The notes under the pieces were generated by a model. That model saw nothing but the letters and a program-made list of their open reading frames with translations, was not told where the DNA came from and made no database searches. DNA of 28,616 nucleotides, taken from IMG/VR virus record IMGVR_UViG_3300044580_000224, positions 1 through 28,616 of that record; one strand, 5' to 3'. This DNA comes from a virus. Positions 24,456 to 28,616 of the stretch are shown here, one piece after another. Positions within the stretch are counted from its first letter, which is position 1, and every line of letters begins with the position of its first letter. A program made the translations under genes and the position numbers.

Positions 24456-24935
24456 ATGGGCACTAGAGTAGATTATCCAGCGTTGACCTTCGAAGTCGAT
24501 ATTGAGGATTTGGGTGCTGAAGACGAAGATTTTAATGAAATTATTCGAGTAGAGCTTCCACAAAAGCTTGTCGACGAACTAATTAAAGTTATGCGTGAAA
24601 AGAAGGTAGAGGCTTCGAGTAACTTGATACAAAGCCTTGAACCAGAATGGCAAGGCGATGAAATTAGAATATATGCAGACTACTACTGGAAATTTGTAGA
24701 CAAAGGAGTAAACGGGTTGGTTCAAAATAGGAATAGTGAGTATAGCTTCAAGTTCGTTCCTGCTTCGAAAAAACACGCTTTAGCTATGATAGAGTGGGCA
24801 AAGTTTAAAGGGATGGGGGCGATTACTGTAAAAGAGGCATACCAGCTAGCAACTTCTATAAAACTAAAAGGCATTAAAGCACGTAATTTCGTAGATGAGT
24901 TTGAGAAAAGAATAGATAAAATAGAATTATTATGA
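24456..24935 (+). CDS. HK97 gp10-like head-tail / tail-completion protein (putative)
   Basis: SNLIQSLEPEWQGDEIRIYADYYWKFVDKGVNG resembles the TGxLrxSI...YAxxVExG pattern of the gp10 family. This is a weak, motif-level call. Confidence 0.35.
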   Translation: MGTRVDYPALTFEVDIEDLGAEDEDFNEIIRVELPQKLVDELIKVMREKKVEASSNLIQSLEPEWQGDEIRIYADYYWKFVDKGVNGLVQNRNSEYSFKFVPASKKHALAMIEWAKFKGMGAITVKEAYQLATSIKLKGIKARNFVDEFEKRIDKIELL

Positions 24936-25849
24936 TACAAAGCGTAGATTTTTTAGATAAAAACGGTAATAGCAGTTTTGGTACTGCTTTGCCAATGTAC
25001 AACGATATTTTTTTATATATCGAAAGTGATAATGTAGGAGCTGGATTGAACTTTAGAGTAAAGTTAACTAATCAAGAAACTAATCAATACTACAACTTAA
25101 AACTATATCCTAAAATTGGTTCAACTATTGTAAACACTTATTTATCTACACTATTGCGATATTTATCTAATTTAAACAATTATTCATTATACGTAGAAGT
25201 GTTAGAATATAACGACGACACGTATGTAGGTGGTGCAAGTGTGCAGCTGGACGTGTATCTACGAATTTATAATTCTTACTTACCTGAAATTTCTGACTAC
25301 TACTACTATTACTACACTACAAGCGACTTTGACACACTTTCGAAAGTAGATTCGATAGCCTGGTATAATGATAATTATATTTATATAGCATATAACGTTC
25401 AAATAAACACTTCTTTAAAAAATATTTATAAAAAAGTAGGAACTGTTTACGAAAAACTTATACGTATACATCACAAACAAGTCTGCGAGCCACTCTACAA
25501 ACTTCAATATCTTAACCTACATACGGGCTACGAGGATAGATTTTCTGGATGGTATTTAAAGCAAGACACAAAGCAGGTTACAAGGCAGACGTATAACAGG
25601 CTTGTAGTCGGGGATACAGGGTTAAGACAATCATTAGTTAATTTGGACGACGAATTTACTTTAATTAGCTACGATTTACCTGTAGACCAAGCTAATTATA
25701 TTGCAAAAAGCATTATAATGTCGCCAAAAACGTATCTAATTGACACTAACGGAACTCAGGTGGAGTGCGTGGTGCAAGATAATAGTTATCAGGACGCCGT
25801 GAGCGTTGTAAATACTTTCTCTAATATTAAGTTAAAAATAAAGATATGA
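24932..25849 (+). CDS. Hypothetical tail/baseplate protein (305 aa)
   Basis: ATGA-coupled to both neighbours and lies directly upstream of the fibre gene. Contains a Tyr6 run. Confidence 0.5.
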   Translation: MIQSVDFLDKNGNSSFGTALPMYNDIFLYIESDNVGAGLNFRVKLTNQETNQYYNLKLYPKIGSTIVNTYLSTLLRYLSNLNNYSLYVEVLEYNDDTYVGGASVQLDVYLRIYNSYLPEISDYYYYYYTTSDFDTLSKVDSIAWYNDNYIYIAYNVQINTSLKNIYKKVGTVYEKLIRIHHKQVCEPLYKLQYLNLHTGYEDRFSGWYLKQDTKQVTRQTYNRLVVGDTGLRQSLVNLDDEFTLISYDLPVDQANYIAKSIIMSPKTYLIDTNGTQVECVVQDNSYQDAVSVVNTFSNIKLKIKI

Positions 25850-28616
25850 ACATAAAGATTAGATTTATATTCAGAACAAATATAGGTAAAAAGGTTCGTT
25901 TAATAGATGAAACGTTCGAATGTTTAGATGATAATTTTTCGATAAACATAGATAATGAAAATATAAACGACTTCAGTAAAGCGATAGATAGTAAGTTTAC
26001 AAAAACATTGAAGTTGGCAGGAACGGAGCGGGCTGTAGCATTTTTTAAAGAATACTATGAAGTTCGTTACGAAGGAGAGAATGATTTTAGCTTTACGTTC
26101 AATAGCAGGACTGGAGAGCATTGTATCATATATGTCGACGATGTAGAAGTTATGCAGGGTGTAGCCTTGCTTACAGGGATTACTCGAAACAAAAATTTAA
26201 CTATCTTCGAAATTCAGGTAATAAACGACGTTAAAGATATATTAAACGAATTTAAAAATCTATATATAGACGAATTGGATAATTATGGCTATGAGTGGAC
26301 GTTTAATAATGTTAAAACCTTGCTAAACACTACTGTTAATGAGACTTTCATAGGAGTTGCTATGGCAGACGGGGAGTGCGTTTCGCAGAAAAATATAGGT
26401 GGTAGTTACACTACTGCGATTGATATTAGTAAAATCCCCATAGCTGCAAACTTAAAAAAAATCATAGATAAGGGCTTCGAAAAAATTGGAGTGCAGTATC
26501 AAAGCAGTTTTTTAAATTCTGATAGGTTAAAAGCACTTTGGCTATGTAACAATAAATCTGAAAATTTGGGTATATGGGGGGATAGTGACAAAATGCTGTT
26601 AGATTTTTACTATAATGATGTTTATATGTTAGACTATCTACCTTTTTTGTTATCTGAACTTACTTATACAGACGACAATAACGAAAATTATCGAGTTTAT
26701 ATAAACAAATATGACAGGAATATCTCAAGGTGGGATTTAATGCACGGTTGGAGTAGTTTTTATGGACAAGGTAAATATACAAGTTATGAAATAACTATAA
26801 ACACGTCTGAATCGGACGAACTTGACAGCTACGTAAACGGAGTAACACGACATATTTATCTAGTTGGAGGCTGTAAATATCGGATAAATTTCGATTTACA
26901 AAATTATGTTATACTAGGAGATACTATGAATAAATGGAGAGGTCATATAATTTTTAAATTCACAGATTTAGCTACAGGCGAGGTGGAAAAGCTAAATTAT
27001 TACAGCACTTTCGTGCCATATAAACAGATTTTAAACTTAAATCCTTATTTTGAAAAAGAACTCGAGCACAACACTATGTTAGACATATACATACAAGAGG
27101 ATATAGCTTTACACGAAAGCTACTGGGATGATGAAAATGAAAAAATGTTTGTAATAGACAGTAACTTGCAAAAGATTCTTATAAATATAAAAAAAATAGC
27201 TGGTAGCCAGGTGCGGTTGCAAGGCTCTACTATAAACCTTTACAGCCAACTACCTCATATTAGTATGTATGATGTTATAGTTAATCTACAAAAAATGTTT
27301 AATCTAGTGTTTAGTTTAGACAAAGACATAAATAAGTTAGTTATAGAACCTGAAATCGACTACTACCAATTAAACAGTAATACATTGTTAGACATTACCG
27401 ATTTAGTCGACTATGACAGCGAAATATCGATAGAACCTGCGAGCGGTTCGATAGACTACAACAAAATATCGGCTAAATATAGCATTAGTGATAAAGACTA
27501 TCACAATAAATATCACAAAGACCAGGCGGGGATTGATTTTGGAGAGTTTAAAACGGAGTTTGAAAGTTACGCGAAAGGAGAGTTGAGTATTAAAAATGAA
27601 TTTACTATCTGCAAGGCAGCTACTTATATATACAACGACTACTACACTTTTACTGCAAGCTACGAAAATGAAAACGGTAATCTTAAGAAGGTAAGTGCAG
27701 ATAAGGCTTTTGTAGGTGTCAGAAAGGTGCATACACACCAACAGGTTGCTGAACGCCTGTATTTATGGTATAATGAGAACATTTACAGTTTATATGGTTT
27801 ACAGCAAATAAATATTTTAGATTTTTGCAGTTCGAACTTTGACTACTGCTATGACACACCCAGAGTAGTGTTTAGCAGTATGGATAATTTACCTATAGAT
27901 AACTTGTTTTACACCTACTATTTTAAAGTTTTACAAGAGTATATACAATTATCAGGTAAAATAGTTCGATTAAAATGCTATTTTGACCCTATTACTTTTT
28001 CAACTTTGAGCAAAAAACGTGTGGTGTATTGGAAAAACAATTACTGGAAACTGCTAAAAGTTAGCGATTGGTCTCCGCTAAAGCCTGTTGTGGATGTAAC
28101 TTTGCTAAAGATGATAGACGTTGAAGTGCCTGCTATACAGCCAAAGCCACATATCCCTGATGTGCAGTGGATTTTAGGTGGTTTTGTTAGACCTGCACAG
28201 GTGGATGTAGATAATCTATCTGTAACTATGTTAGATACTTTAAGCAAGACAGGTGCACTTATTAGTAACAAAGCGGAGTTGGTAAATATAAGTAATGTTA
28301 ATGATAGTGCAGTAGCGGTGCAGGAGTTGTCTGATATTCTTTATACTAGATACATACAAGATAATGTTAGCAAATATGATAAAGTTGAACATAAGATAGT
28401 AGAGTGTTTATTAGATAATTTTACAGAGATAGAGTTTCCTGATTACAGTTACTTCAAAGGCATTTATCTATTTCCTGTCGAGTTTATCGAGGAGGTTATC
28501 TTTCAAAATATCATTTTTACAGGTAATTTTAAGATGGATAATTTAAAAATAGTTAGAGAAGATGCGTTTACTAATAGTAATTTCAGTGAAGTGTTGAGTT
28601 TACCTGTTTGCACGTA
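25846..28616 (+). CDS. Tail fibre / tail tip receptor-binding protein, 5' part. The ORF runs off the window and closes at 233 after circularisation, giving 982 aa in total.
   Basis: The ATG at 25846 overlaps the upstream TGA (ATGA). I read all 923 codons to 28616 in this frame and saw no stop. The track omits it because it has no stop in the linear window. Only short antisense ORFs compete. Confidence 0.85.
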   Translation, partial: MNIKIRFIFRTNIGKKVRLIDETFECLDDNFSINIDNENINDFSKAIDSKFTKTLKLAGTERAVAFFKEYYEVRYEGENDFSFTFNSRTGEHCIIYVDDVEVMQGVALLTGITRNKNLTIFEIQVINDVKDILNEFKNLYIDELDNYGYEWTFNNVKTLLNTTVNETFIGVAMADGECVSQKNIGGSYTTAIDISKIPIAANLKKIIDKGFEKIGVQYQSSFLNSDRLKALWLCNNKSENLGIWGDSDKMLLDFYYNDVYMLDYLPFLLSELTYTDDNNENYRVYINKYDRNISRWDLMHGWSSFYGQGKYTSYEITINTSESDELDSYVNGVTRHIYLVGGCKYRINFDLQNYVILGDTMNKWRGHIIFKFTDLATGEVEKLNYYSTFVPYKQILNLNPYFEKELEHNTMLDIYIQEDIALHESYWDDENEKMFVIDSNLQKILINIKKIAGSQVRLQGSTINLYSQLPHISMYDVIVNLQKMFNLVFSLDKDINKLVIEPEIDYYQLNSNTLLDITDLVDYDSEISIEPASGSIDYNKISAKYSISDKDYHNKYHKDQAGIDFGEFKTEFESYAKGELSIKNEFTICKAATYIYNDYYTFTASYENENGNLKKVSADKAFVGVRKVHTHQQVAERLYLWYNENIYSLYGLQQINILDFCSSNFDYCYDTPRVVFSSMDNLPIDNLFYTYYFKVLQEYIQLSGKIVRLKCYFDPITFSTLSKKRVVYWKNNYWKLLKVSDWSPLKPVVDVTLLKMIDVEVPAIQPKPHIPDVQWILGGFVRPAQVDVDNLSVTMLDTLSKTGALISNKAELVNISNVNDSAVAVQELSDILYTRYIQDNVSKYDKVEHKIVECLLDNFTEIEFPDYSYFKGIYLFPVEFIEEVIFQNIIFTGNFKMDNLKIVREDAFTNSNFSEVLSLPVCT
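28562..28616. repeat. Terminal direct repeat, right copy of 1..55
   Basis: 55/55 identity with the window start. Confidence 0.95.

Noticed and set aside
1-28616. Lysogeny module, diversity-generating retroelement, stop-codon recoding, introns/inteins or toxin-antitoxin pairs
   Set aside because: I saw no integrase/recombinase, repressor or reverse-transcriptase motifs in any ORF. Coding density is high with the standard code and genes are uninterrupted. I could not recognise a template/variable repeat pair for the fibre C-terminus.

Overview
The window is a complete, circularly closed dsDNA tailed-phage genome. Bases 1..55 are identical to 28562..28616, so the unique length is 28,561 bp. The sequence is AT-rich, and every credible gene lies on the + strand, tightly packed with many ATGA start/stop overlaps. 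Intergenic regions carry Bacteroidota-type promoters (TTTG-N18-20-TAnnTTTG), and most starts have an A-rich AAAAATTATG context without a Shine-Dalgarno, so the host is probably a Bacteroidota (Flavobacteriia-like) bacterium. Modules, in order: (1) tape-measure-like protein, XkdF-type prohead protease/scaffold, major capsid, major tail protein, terminator, portal, and two small virion ORFs; (2) lysis genes: small TM proteins, a GH19 endolysin and a membrane protein; (3) small early ORFs; (4) a recombination/replication block of Rad50/SbcC-like ATPase, RecT, MBL-fold hydrolase, VRR-NUC and prim-pol/helicase; (5) a 700-bp non-coding iteron/AT-rich origin-like region; (6) ParB-DNA methyltransferase, TerS, TerL and tail/baseplate genes. 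The supplied ORF track misses a 982-codon tail-fibre ORF because it starts at 25846 and runs across the contig junction, ending at 233. I recognised no integrase, repressor, DNA polymerase, SSB, tRNA or CRISPR. The most interesting observations are these: RecT and the primase-helicase both end in the SSB-tip tetrapeptide DIPF; the origin has about 12 GGACAC iterons in opposed orientation around a (TA)n element; a mini-Rad50 has a central CxxC hook; a T9 slippery run sits in a -1 ORF overlap; and a promoter-to-terminator mini transcription unit sits inside the lysis region.
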